From Acinetobacter phage ZZ1: DNA of 64,000 bases. The stretch lies in the sequence record NC_018087.3; one strand, 5' to 3'. The position numbers and the translations under genes are program-made. Each line of letters opens with the position of its first letter. Position 1 is the first letter of the stretch. The notes beneath the pieces are model-generated. The model ran no database searches and was not told where the DNA came from. It saw nothing but the letters and a program-made list of their open reading frames with translations. Shown piece after piece: positions 34,905-43,700 of the stretch.

Positions 34905-35447
34905 TCACTTAAATTTTGTAAATGTAATCAAACGGATTATACGGTCACATTCCGAGATTAGAAAATCAACTGCGTTCCAACGAGCGTTATTAAGCCATAT
35001 TGTACCACGTCTTGATTCATGATCAAACTCTCTTTTACCTCCAATTGGATATGCAAGTTGACCATAATGACAATTCCAACCGTCAAAAGCATCGCGAGTT
35101 TGTTTGGCTAAAGCTAATCGGTGCAAAGGAACTGCACCGCAAATACCGCGAGATAACGATACGGTATTTTCTAAGCTTTTAATATAAACGCGATATGATT
35201 TTTTATCATGTCTTACAGAGCATTCCTGTAAAATATCTTTAGCTTGAACTAAAGATACTAATTGTGTTTTAAGAGCTTCCATTTCGGCAACTGTTATACA
35301 ATCAATACCATATAACTTAATTTCCGTATTTCGCATTGTTTTTGCACGATATCGTGTATATGAACCATCATATTTTTCAATGGATTGTAAAATATAAACT
35401 TCTCCGCGGTACAAAACTTTTGTACCTAATGGTATTTTGTCATACAT
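34905..35447 (-). CDS. hypothetical protein, member 3 of the YPxGG...LWLNxxRW paralog family
   Basis: 180 aa. LAYPIGGKREF...GTIWLNNARWNAVDF. Confidence 0.5.
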   Translation of the reverse strand: MYDKIPLGTKVLYRGEVYILQSIEKYDGSYTRYRAKTMRNTEIKLYGIDCITVAEMEALKTQLVSLVQAKDILQECSVRHDKKSYRVYIKSLENTVSLSRGICGAVPLHRLALAKQTRDAFDGWNCHYGQLAYPIGGKREFDHESRRGTIWLNNARWNAVDFLISECDRIIRLITFTKFK

Positions 35448-35493
35448 TTCAATTTACTCATCATTAATTGATATAATCTATAATACTAAAAAA

Positions 35494-35517
35494 CCAGGGT
35501 TATGTACATAACCCTGG
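35494..35517 (-). terminator. palindromic terminator hairpin CCAGGGTTATGTACATAACCCTGG
   Basis: Perfect 24-nt palindrome flanked by A6 and T-rich sequence, after the stop at 35527. Confidence 0.6.
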
Positions 35518-35526
35518 TCCTTATTT

Positions 35527-35685
35527 TTAACCTAAAATATTGTATTTGGTTAACAATTGATCAATAATCAAATACCATCCTATAGGAGGAAATAAAACTG
35601 CACCTAATGTCCACCAAAATCCTTTGGCGATAACAATACCTGCAATATAAACAATAAATGCAAAAAGTCTAACTAATGCGCTCAT
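35527..35685 (-). CDS. small membrane protein (52 aa), below the ORF-track cutoff
   Basis: Manual translation gives MSALVRLFAFIVYIAGIVIAKGFWWTLGAVLFPPIGWYLIIDQLLTKYNILG. ATGA overlap with the upstream gene (35682-35685). Confidence 0.4.
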   Translation of the reverse strand: MSALVRLFAFIVYIAGIVIAKGFWWTLGAVLFPPIGWYLIIDQLLTKYNILG

Positions 35686-36152
35686 ATTTTATCCCTTTTA
35701 CGTAAAGTGTCGATTGTGCTTAAAACATTTTCCATTGACGCTTTCATATAACGTGCCAGGCTAATGCGACGAGGGTTTAACCATAAGTTTAGTTCATCTT
35801 GCGGTCGTGTACCATATTCATTTTGTCCACCCACTGGATAAACCGGACTATATTCTGGGTTATATTCGGGCCATTCCGATATTAATTTATATTTTAATGT
35901 GCCAAATGTAATATCGGCCGCATAACATAACCCATCTTCTTTAGGTTTAATTACTAAACGACTTTCACCCAATACTACAACATGTTGATTGGTGGTTTGC
36001 AATTCATCTAAATTGTCTAAGATGACATTAATTTTACGGATTGCAATTGGTAAATATTTAACAAAATAATCCAAACGAGCTGGATCGTGATGCTGAAGAT
36101 ATTCAATGTATTCTGTTGAAGTCATTTTTTGTATATATTCAGGCATAGTCAT
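35682..36152 (-). CDS. hypothetical protein, member 4 of the YPxGG...LWLNxxRW paralog family
   Basis: 156 aa. SPVYPVGGQNEY...LNLWLNPRRISLARY. Confidence 0.5.
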   Translation of the reverse strand: MTMPEYIQKMTSTEYIEYLQHHDPARLDYFVKYLPIAIRKINVILDNLDELQTTNQHVVVLGESRLVIKPKEDGLCYAADITFGTLKYKLISEWPEYNPEYSPVYPVGGQNEYGTRPQDELNLWLNPRRISLARYMKASMENVLSTIDTLRKRDKI

Positions 36153-37108
36153 AACTGATCGTCCATATGCATAATAAGTTTATCTGAATCACGAGCAAGA
36201 ATAAATTTATCAACATAAATTCCGTCATACATACGTGATACCAATTCATAATTTTCCCAAGCAAATTGCCTAAACCAACCACTTGTTATTGAAGTACAAA
36301 CTTTTTCTAAAGCCATGTCAAAGGCTTGACGAGGTTTAACATTAAAATTATTTGGGATTAACACACGTTCAATCGCAAGAACATATGCTTCTTCTAATAC
36401 ACCCAATAATTGAATTTCCCGAGGTTGTGCAAAAAATTTCTCTCTTGAGCTTTTAACTTCTTGATCATATTCCATATAATACATATATGCAGGTCTATCT
36501 AAAACTTTAACTGCATTATGAATAGAATCGTGATCATACACATATGCAAAATTTGAATTAAAGAAATCCGATTTGCTCACATTTAATTTAGGATGCGAAT
36601 AATCATAAGTTTCTTTTTCACGTAACTTTAACCATTCTTCGTCATAAACTTTTGCACCAATTTTTTGCAAATTGCGAATAGTCACCATTGTCTTTCTAAA
36701 ATGAGGTGAATTTTTAAGATAACGATGAGACCATTTCAGCATAAACAATACATCTAATGGCGCAACTTTACAAATTACTCCATTAATAGTCGTGTATTCT
36801 TTCCAATAAGAAGAAAGCAATAATAAATTTGATGTACTGGTATCATCAGTATAATCAAGAGGATGAGTAATTTCAAAAATTACTCCATCACATTTAAATG
36901 CTTTAGTATGAGTATTAAACTTTTTAGAAGTTATACTAACTAAAGGGGTTGTTTCAATTGCATTTTCTTGAATTACACTACTAATACCTTTTGCATCATA
37001 TTCATCTTGTACAATAAGATCATAATCTTTAGGCACAATATTATGCGCAATTTCCATTTTATCAAGATGGTATGCGAGTGCTGCAGAACCAATTAAAAGA
37101 GGTCTCAT
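36149..37108 (-). CDS. putative nucleotidyltransferase-fold (Pol-beta-like) protein
   Basis: 319 aa. N-terminal LIGSAALAYHL...KDYDLIV resembles the GS...DxD minimal nucleotidyltransferase motif but with a longer spacer. Confidence 0.35.
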   Translation of the reverse strand: MRPLLIGSAALAYHLDKMEIAHNIVPKDYDLIVQDEYDAKGISSVIQENAIETTPLVSITSKKFNTHTKAFKCDGVIFEITHPLDYTDDTSTSNLLLLSSYWKEYTTINGVICKVAPLDVLFMLKWSHRYLKNSPHFRKTMVTIRNLQKIGAKVYDEEWLKLREKETYDYSHPKLNVSKSDFFNSNFAYVYDHDSIHNAVKVLDRPAYMYYMEYDQEVKSSREKFFAQPREIQLLGVLEEAYVLAIERVLIPNNFNVKPRQAFDMALEKVCTSITSGWFRQFAWENYELVSRMYDGIYVDKFILARDSDKLIMHMDDQL

Positions 37109-37293
37109 TTTTTACGTCCTGTATTAATATTAAGAAGACGTTTAATGTCTTTTTGAATACGGTTCAATTCATCATAATCGGCACGGTCAGTAATACATAC
37201 CGTTGCAATACTTGGCCCAGGCCGCATGGTTTTCATTACACTTTTAATATTAGTGCGAGCCGCAATAATAAGTTGTGTTTGTAAATTATTCAT
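37105..37293 (-). CDS. hypothetical protein
   Basis: 62-aa ORF. Confidence 0.35.
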   Translation of the reverse strand: MNNLQTQLIIAARTNIKSVMKTMRPGPSIATVCITDRADYDELNRIQKDIKRLLNINTGRKK

Positions 37294-37352
37294 GATATTT
37301 TCCTCTAAGACGTGTCAAATTATTTTAAACCAAAATACCTCTTATGTACATA

Positions 37353-37892
37353 TTATCCTGCTGCTTTGTTAATCATTTCTTCAATAATTGACACAACTTT
37401 AGGATTTTTTAACATTGTTGATGCAGTACCTTGTATTGTCATGTTAGTACCATCTTTAATGTTTAACTGTTTAGGATCACCAGCCGCTTTATCCGCAGCA
37501 ATTTCTAAATCATCTTCAGAAATAAAATATGCTTTTTTCCGATCATTTGGAGAAATTGCTACATGCGCCCCATGCAAAATTTTGTTAACAATTGCAGGAT
37601 TTACTCTATGGTATCCGGTACTAAATTTGTCAAGTGTGGCATACCACCCTTTAATTTCAAAGTTTACCGCATCTTTAAGAGTTTTACCATAGCCAAATTG
37701 ATTTTTTGCTGGGGCAATAACAAGGGTAAGAGTAAAATGTTCACCTACTGCATAACCGGGACGATCTGCATAAGAGTTGATATGTACTGCAATCTCATCG
37801 CCTGATTTTTCTGTATGCATATAATCCCGGTCTTTTTTAATTACAGTTAATTGAGGTTTAGACGCTTCATATAATTTACTAAATTTTGACAT
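37353..37892 (-). CDS. hypothetical protein
   Basis: 179-aa ORF. Confidence 0.5.
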   Translation of the reverse strand: MSKFSKLYEASKPQLTVIKKDRDYMHTEKSGDEIAVHINSYADRPGYAVGEHFTLTLVIAPAKNQFGYGKTLKDAVNFEIKGWYATLDKFSTGYHRVNPAIVNKILHGAHVAISPNDRKKAYFISEDDLEIAADKAAGDPKQLNIKDGTNMTIQGTASTMLKNPKVVSIIEEMINKAAG

Positions 37893-37957
37893 ATAATGCC
37901 TTCCAATAAAAGTGTTATTAACTATTTATGAAAATATTATAACAAATATTTTAATCG

Positions 37958-38332
37958 TTAGGTATAGAATTTTTTACAATTATCAAAAAGAATTTGTTTC
38001 CATTTAGTTTCAGTCATTTGATCTTCATCATCCCACATCATACTATCAAATCCGTATTTTAAATAATCGGCGTATGCAAATAATGGAATTTCATCATGAA
38101 TAATTTCATAAATGTTGCGTACATACTCTTCAAAATACATACGTAATATACGAAGTTCAGTTTGAAATGATACACTAGTTAGTGCACCATTATATTTTTG
38201 ATAAAGTAATTTGCATGCGATGTTTGCAAAAATTGCTCGGTCATCACGGACCTGTTCGGGTTCACAAAAAGTTCTAGTCATTGCTTGCATACCATGTAAT
38301 AGTTTTACGACCGTATTCATCGGTAACTTCAA
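37958..38332 (-). CDS. hypothetical protein
   Basis: 124-aa ORF. Confidence 0.45.
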   Translation of the reverse strand: MKLPMNTVVKLLHGMQAMTRTFCEPEQVRDDRAIFANIACKLLYQKYNGALTSVSFQTELRILRMYFEEYVRNIYEIIHDEIPLFAYADYLKYGFDSMMWDDEDQMTETKWKQILFDNCKKFYT

Positions 38333-38540
38333 AATCTAATTCTGCCAAGTCACCATTATGTGTACGAAGATGATCATCTTCATAAATCATATCTTCGATT
38401 AGTTGTGCCTGTTCTTGGATATGAGCAAGAATTTCTTTAATCAATACAACTTTACGCCGACTTGATTTAATCTTTATTTCTTCAAGCTGATTTTGTAAAT
38501 CACGCTCGAGAATAGATGCACCCACATGTTTTTTAGGCAT
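38274..38540 (-). CDS. hypothetical protein
   Basis: 88-aa ORF. Confidence 0.4.
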   Translation of the reverse strand: MPKKHVGASILERDLQNQLEEIKIKSSRRKVVLIKEILAHIQEQAQLIEDMIYEDDHLRTHNGDLAELDFEVTDEYGRKTITWYASND

Positions 38541-38728
38541 TAACTATTCTCCGAAGATGCGGACCATTCACCAGTTTCATGGTCATATGTACCACCCATG
38601 CCGTATGCAGGGCCCGAAATATAAAAAGTAAGCTTATGTTTATCTGCAAAAACTTCGGCTTCTAAAACGGCTGAATTAATTGCATCTTTTAAGCGTTTAA
38701 GTTCTTTTTGCTGTTCATCATATGTCAT
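38540..38728 (-). CDS. hypothetical protein
   Basis: 62-aa ORF. Confidence 0.4.
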   Translation of the reverse strand: MTYDEQQKELKRLKDAINSAVLEAEVFADKHKLTFYISGPAYGMGGTYDHETGEWSASSENS

Positions 38729-38785
38729 GTCATGTTCCTCAATTGGCTATTACTCATTCTAACATAAGTAATAGCCAAAGCAAAT

Positions 38786-40270
38786 TTAAAAGGTTAAAGA
38801 TTCTGCCAATGCATCCAATTCACTTCGTGAAGCTGCTGCGACACGGTGCACTTTATCCATTTCGACAGATTTGTGTAATTCAATAGATTCTTGTGTAACA
38901 GGTACTTGATCTGCTGCACCGATACATGCTTGAATAATTTCTTCTTCACTTGGAATAATTGGAGCACTTGGACCATCTTCTTCATGCCAACGCTGATTAC
39001 CTTTCTTAACACACAAGTTAAACTTATTATTAACCATCTTATCACCGTATCGGGATTTGATTTGTTTCATAAGTTGAATACCTTGTGCTGCTAAATCTTC
39101 GGTTTCAATAACAGCTAAAATAAAATCGGCTGTGTGACTCAAGCCCGCAGATTCTGCAATATCTCCCATTGTAATATCAGAGTTATCCCACCCACCACGT
39201 GTTGTTTGTGCCGCGGTCCAAATTGGCACTTCCTCTTCAACTGCTAAAGCCCGAAGCTCTTCTGCAATTGCTTTTACTAAAGTATATGAGTTTTCACTAA
39301 ACACTTTAATGCGAGAAGATGCACAAATACCTAAGTAATCGACAACAATAATATCAGGTTTAAACCCCTTCTTTAACTTCAATTCATTTAATAATGCCTT
39401 AAATGTTAAAGCGTGCGCACCACCGATTGGATATTGCTTAATATAAAGTTGGCCAAGTACATTGGATTTTCTCCAACGTTCCATTTTACCTTTATATTCT
39501 GCATAAGATACATGACCTTCATCCAGGTCATCCATTGTAACATCTAGTAAGTTGGCATCAATACGTTTTGCTACAACTTCTTCAGCCATTTCCATGGAAA
39601 TGTATAAAACATTTTTACCCATTTGTAAATAATCGGCTGCAAGAGAACACAGACCCAATGATTTACCAACGTTTACACCCGCAAGTAAAATATTCAAAGT
39701 ACCGGTTTCAACACCACCTTTTGTAATAACATTTAACTTATTAAGTTTAAATGGTACTTTACGGGTTTTATTTTGATATGAAAGCCATCGGGCTTCGTAA
39801 TCATCCATCCAAGAATGACCGATTGATGAGTCAAAACAAATAGATAAGGCTTCTTTCATAATGTCTGGAATTGCACCAACATCAGGTAAATACTTATCTC
39901 GTTTTTCTTTTGGCTTTTCCGCATTTAATTGAATTTGGACAATGCGAGTGGTTGCATTATACATTGCAACATTTTTAACATATTGCTCTGTTTCAGGTAC
40001 TAGCCAATCATTAGATTCTTTTTCAAGTTTCAAACGATTTAATAATTCCATTGCACCCTTATATTCAGTTTCGGGCAGTTGAGAATTACCTATTGCAATA
40101 TCAAGAGCTACTTTGCTTGGAACCCCATTATAAGCATCAACATGTTTTTTAATAGAATTAAAAATAGTACGAGCGGGACCTTTTTCAAAGTACTCGTCTT
40201 TCATATATGGCCATACCCGACCAAAATATTCCTGGTTGGATATCAGTTGGCCCAAAATTACATCAATCAT
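38786..40270 (-). CDS. 41: replicative DNA helicase (T4 gp41, DnaB-like)
   Basis: 494 aa. Walker A GVNVGKSLGLC. Near-collinear similarity to T4 gp41 (MIDVILGQLISNQEYFGRVWPYM versus T4 MVEIILSHLIFDQAYFSKVWPYM). Confidence 0.9.
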   Translation of the reverse strand: MIDVILGQLISNQEYFGRVWPYMKDEYFEKGPARTIFNSIKKHVDAYNGVPSKVALDIAIGNSQLPETEYKGAMELLNRLKLEKESNDWLVPETEQYVKNVAMYNATTRIVQIQLNAEKPKEKRDKYLPDVGAIPDIMKEALSICFDSSIGHSWMDDYEARWLSYQNKTRKVPFKLNKLNVITKGGVETGTLNILLAGVNVGKSLGLCSLAADYLQMGKNVLYISMEMAEEVVAKRIDANLLDVTMDDLDEGHVSYAEYKGKMERWRKSNVLGQLYIKQYPIGGAHALTFKALLNELKLKKGFKPDIIVVDYLGICASSRIKVFSENSYTLVKAIAEELRALAVEEEVPIWTAAQTTRGGWDNSDITMGDIAESAGLSHTADFILAVIETEDLAAQGIQLMKQIKSRYGDKMVNNKFNLCVKKGNQRWHEEDGPSAPIIPSEEEIIQACIGAADQVPVTQESIELHKSVEMDKVHRVAAASRSELDALAESLTF

Positions 40271-40321
40271 AATGGCACCTCAATTAATATAAAAATTATA
40301 TCATACCCTTATAAAAAGCAA

Positions 40322-40341
40322 AAAGACCCGAAGGTCTTTTT
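40322..40341 (-). terminator. rho-independent terminator (aagacc-cgaa-ggtctt)
   Basis: aaaagacccgaaggtcttttt, after the stop at 40340. Confidence 0.55.
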
Positions 40342-40666
40342 AAAAGAAGAATGATTTTTTAACGCGCCGTGGATTTGGTGCAGGCTCATTTAAGGCCAAC
40401 TGAGTTAAAGCAGCTTCAACATGTTTTCCTAATTCATCTTTGCGATCCGTAGAAGGCGTACTAAAGTCTAAAGAAATACGACCTGAGACATCAACATCGC
40501 ACCCATGAATATAAACGATATGATGTGTATCGTCTTCAAGGGTGATAACCATTTCATGCTTAACATCTTTCATGGCATCTTTGATGATATCAAATGATTG
40601 ATTGAATAAGTTATCACCCGGAGTATATGTATGCGTTTCTGTTACAATTTCTGAATCTGTGCTCAT
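40340..40666 (-). CDS. hypothetical protein
   Basis: 108-aa ORF. Confidence 0.45.
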   Translation of the reverse strand: MSTDSEIVTETHTYTPGDNLFNQSFDIIKDAMKDVKHEMVITLEDDTHHIVYIHGCDVDVSGRISLDFSTPSTDRKDELGKHVEAALTQLALNEPAPNPRRVKKSFFF

Positions 40667-40983
40667 TTATTTGTCCTTTTAATTGAAAACTGAATATAAG
40701 CTTTTTCATATACCACTGGGTGATCAAATTCATCATGAAAAATTACATCCAGTTGTGTTTTATTTAACTTAACAAAATGTTTTTTAATTAAGTTATACAT
40801 TTCTTTTACTTCAGATTTAGGTCGGTATTTCTCCGGCCAATTTACACCCCAATATGATAGCTCAGGGTGCAACTGAATTAAATTCAATACTTGGTGTTCG
40901 GCATTATTTAAAACTTTTTCAGCACTTTCAATAGTTATAGATTTGTCTGGCAAACCCTTTAAAACATTTTTAAAATCAATCAT
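40663..40983 (-). CDS. hypothetical protein
   Basis: 106-aa ORF. Confidence 0.45.
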   Translation of the reverse strand: MIDFKNVLKGLPDKSITIESAEKVLNNAEHQVLNLIQLHPELSYWGVNWPEKYRPKSEVKEMYNLIKKHFVKLNKTQLDVIFHDEFDHPVVYEKAYIQFSIKRTNK

Positions 40984-41315
40984 ATTAAACGGTCCTTTCG
41001 TTCAATATAAAATTTAATGCTTGGTTCCCGGCTACGTGCAAATTGTTGGTCCGTATTAACAAACTCAATTTGCATTTGGGTTTTTCCTGTTTTTACATAG
41101 TTGTCTCGAATATATGTAAAAGCGCGGCGAAGTAAATCCGGTGGTAATTCTATAGACGGAGCCTCAATTGAAACCCATTGATTTCGTGAAATATCTGCAG
41201 TAATTTTATCTTGTAAAATCTTTTCATTGGATTCAACTAAAGCTGCAGCTATTTTTTGCAAATTCTCTGTATCGGCAATAGTTAATGCCTGTATATGTGC
41301 GTGTAAGTCGATCAT
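40980..41315 (-). CDS. hypothetical protein
   Basis: 111-aa ORF. Confidence 0.45.
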   Translation of the reverse strand: MIDLHAHIQALTIADTENLQKIAAALVESNEKILQDKITADISRNQWVSIEAPSIELPPDLLRRAFTYIRDNYVKTGKTQMQIEFVNTDQQFARSREPSIKFYIERKDRLI

Positions 41316-41548
41316 AATAAAATACTCAAAATAATTATAAATTGAATGGATAATGTTATTGTAACACCTAATGATATATAAGCGGCTTTCTTATACCAAA
41401 GCTTACGTTTATACTCTTCACCTATACCCCACATTAAATCTGTAAAAACCTTTTCATTTTCACGTGTATCTAATGCAGAAAATGAGGCATAAGAAACTAA
41501 TGATAAAATTATGCCGAGTACGAGTATATATCCGATATTAATTAACAT
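41312..41548 (-). CDS. small membrane protein (two TM segments)
   Basis: 78-aa ORF. Confidence 0.45.
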   Translation of the reverse strand: MLINIGYILVLGIILSLVSYASFSALDTRENEKVFTDLMWGIGEEYKRKLWYKKAAYISLGVTITLSIQFIIILSILL

Positions 41549-41859
41549 TTAAGAAGACCCTTTAAAGTTTCAATACATTTATCGAGACGTTGAAATAAAC
41601 TTTTCAAATCAACTTCACTTTCAAGAAGCTCATCTGTTGCTTTCCCTGGTACTACCGTTTCAATATGATCAATAATTATATCTGGTCCAGTGCAAGCAGG
41701 TTTCCATCCATTTGAATAAATGCGTAAGTCGGCTTGCTGAATGTGCGGATAGTATTGATAAAAACAATCAACTCCTTGATGTTGTAATTTAAAACATAAA
41801 TCCAGGATTTCATGATTTTTATCTTGAATTTGCTTAGTAACAGTCGCTCGGATATCCAT
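41542..41859 (-). CDS. hypothetical protein
   Basis: 105-aa ORF. Confidence 0.45.
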   Translation of the reverse strand: MDIRATVTKQIQDKNHEILDLCFKLQHQGVDCFYQYYPHIQQADLRIYSNGWKPACTGPDIIIDHIETVVPGKATDELLESEVDLKSLFQRLDKCIETLKGLLKC

Positions 41860-42341
41860 TAGTATAAGTTCTCACTATAAAGAGTTCCACCTTTAGATGT
41901 GTCACCACCCACACGACATACAATTTGTTTTTGTTCGACGGCAATTTTCCATGCTTCTTGTCGATCAACAAATCGATGTTTATTTGTCAAAAAGCCTTGT
42001 ACTTCAGTGCTACGATATAAAATATCTTCACCGCTATTATGACCTACAAATGAACTATGCATAACACCACAGGCATGACGAACACCAGCAATAACAATCT
42101 TTTTACCATTGTGATCTTCATATTGATTCGCAGCGCAAACAATGCGTTCGGGTGCAATATAATCACGGCCATCTGGTAAATTATTGATATTATATGTATC
42201 TCGATACCATACTTCACTTTTTGTTACATTAATATTCGGGGCGTGGTTATCAACACTCATATTATAATATCCTACATTTGGAAGACTATCAAGAGTTTCT
42301 TTAGTAATTACATCAAGTGGGTTAGTCATAAGAAATTCCAT
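41859..42341 (-). CDS. hypothetical protein
   Basis: 160-aa ORF. Confidence 0.45.
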   Translation of the reverse strand: MEFLMTNPLDVITKETLDSLPNVGYYNMSVDNHAPNINVTKSEVWYRDTYNINNLPDGRDYIAPERIVCAANQYEDHNGKKIVIAGVRHACGVMHSSFVGHNSGEDILYRSTEVQGFLTNKHRFVDRQEAWKIAVEQKQIVCRVGGDTSKGGTLYSENLY

Positions 42342-42690
42342 TAGATTTTAAACATGCGCCATAAGATGACGTGTAAAAAGATGATTTGATATAACCAAAT
42401 CGTAATTGTGCTTCTTGAATTGAAATTTGTCTACATGCTTCTGCAATTAATTCACGAGCACCGGCTTTCGGTTGGTTTCGAATGATTTTATCAACTTCGC
42501 GTTGCTTTTCAACAGCCACATTAATTTGACTTTGCATCCACTTGCGATGACTTGCGATATCGTCATCAAGAGCTTGTTGACGTTGATATTCTTTTTCAAT
42601 GCATTTTGTATCCCAATTATAACAACCAGGCACAGCAGCATTTACTGAAGTTAATGTGCATACACTCAAAATTAAAATAAGATTTTTCAT
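42322..42690 (-). CDS. hypothetical secreted protein (signal peptide)
   Basis: 122 aa. N-terminal MKNLILILSVCTLTSVNAA. Confidence 0.45.
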   Translation of the reverse strand: MKNLILILSVCTLTSVNAAVPGCYNWDTKCIEKEYQRQQALDDDIASHRKWMQSQINVAVEKQREVDKIIRNQPKAGARELIAEACRQISIQEAQLRFGYIKSSFYTSSYGACLKSNGISYD

Positions 42691-42983
42691 TAGATTACTC
42701 CAATCATACTTGCAATTACAGCAAGTTCACCGGCACCAATGATGAAAACTAAAAACATTAAAAATATAGCAAATGCGATTGATTTTAATGTATTAGCAAG
42801 GCCAATTGAAATTGCAGAAACAATAAATGCAATAATTGTGGTAAGACCCATTGTAACAAAGCCAAGTAAATTTAAAATAAGACTTGTTAAAATTATGCCT
42901 GTTGACCGTTTATAATACACTACCATAACAGTTGGAAAAAATGATAAAAATAACCCAACTAATGCTGCTAAAATAAGACTCAT
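42690..42983 (-). CDS. small multi-pass membrane protein
   Basis: 97 aa, almost entirely hydrophobic. Confidence 0.45.
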   Translation of the reverse strand: MSLILAALVGLFLSFFPTVMVVYYKRSTGIILTSLILNLLGFVTMGLTTIIAFIVSAISIGLANTLKSIAFAIFLMFLVFIIGAGELAVIASMIGVI

Positions 42984-43306
42984 AATTTTTTCTCCCGAGC
43001 ATCTACATGGATGATACGGATATTATTTGCATCGGGATATACTTCCCAACGATAGTTTTCCCAATTTTCAAGAAGTACATTATCAATTTTTGCAACGCCC
43101 ATATATCCTTGGTATGCATCCCAACAAGTTTTATCTTTAATTGGTTCATCGGAACTAAACACTGCGATTGAACCATCCTTGTCGATTGCAAGCCATTTTG
43201 CATTCTTTGGTATATAAATTGTATGATCAATGCCTTCAGGCGACCATTCAGTTTTTAATCGAAGAATAACTTGAGGCGGAGTATATAGATTTTTAAAAAT
43301 TGCCAT
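42980..43306 (-). CDS. hypothetical protein (paralogous to 22440..22748)
   Basis: 108-aa ORF. Confidence 0.45.
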   Translation of the reverse strand: MAIFKNLYTPPQVILRLKTEWSPEGIDHTIYIPKNAKWLAIDKDGSIAVFSSDEPIKDKTCWDAYQGYMGVAKIDNVLLENWENYRWEVYPDANNIRIIHVDAREKKL

Positions 43307-43352
43307 AATAAAATTCTCAAATTTGTATCTTGAATATAATATTACTAAAAAT

Positions 43353-43376
43353 CCAGGACTATGTACATAGTCCTGG
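43353..43376 (-). terminator. palindromic terminator hairpin CCAGGACTATGTACATAGTCCTGG
   Basis: Perfect 24-nt palindrome flanked by an A-run and T-rich sequence, after the stop at 43387. Confidence 0.6.
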
Positions 43377-43386
43377 ATAATTTATT

Positions 43387-43698
43387 TCAACTTTTTTCTA
43401 TGAATCGTATTTTATACTCTTCACAAATTTTATCCGCCGTATTAAAAGCTTGTGTTGGAGTAGAACCATCTTTTAATCTACTTAATACGGATGTTAACCA
43501 TATCGGGCCCAAATCAGGATGTTCTCGTTTAGGCTTGTTAATAGAATCAAACTCTTTTGCTCGACGCTTTGCATCATAAACCTGAGCATCCGATACAATC
43601 ATAGTAGTTCTACATTTTCGACAACGGACTTGCGGAGGATTACTCAACAAGACCGAATTGTAGTTAAAATCATGAACACATGTTTCTTGATTTGCCAT
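43387..43698 (-). CDS. hypothetical zinc-ribbon protein (CxxxxxxC...CRKC)
   Basis: 103 aa. 4-nt overlap with the upstream polymerase ORF. Confidence 0.45.
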   Translation of the reverse strand: MANQETCVHDFNYNSVLLSNPPQVRCRKCRTTMIVSDAQVYDAKRRAKEFDSINKPKREHPDLGPIWLTSVLSRLKDGSTPTQAFNTADKICEEYKIRFIEKS

Positions 43699-43700
43699 AA

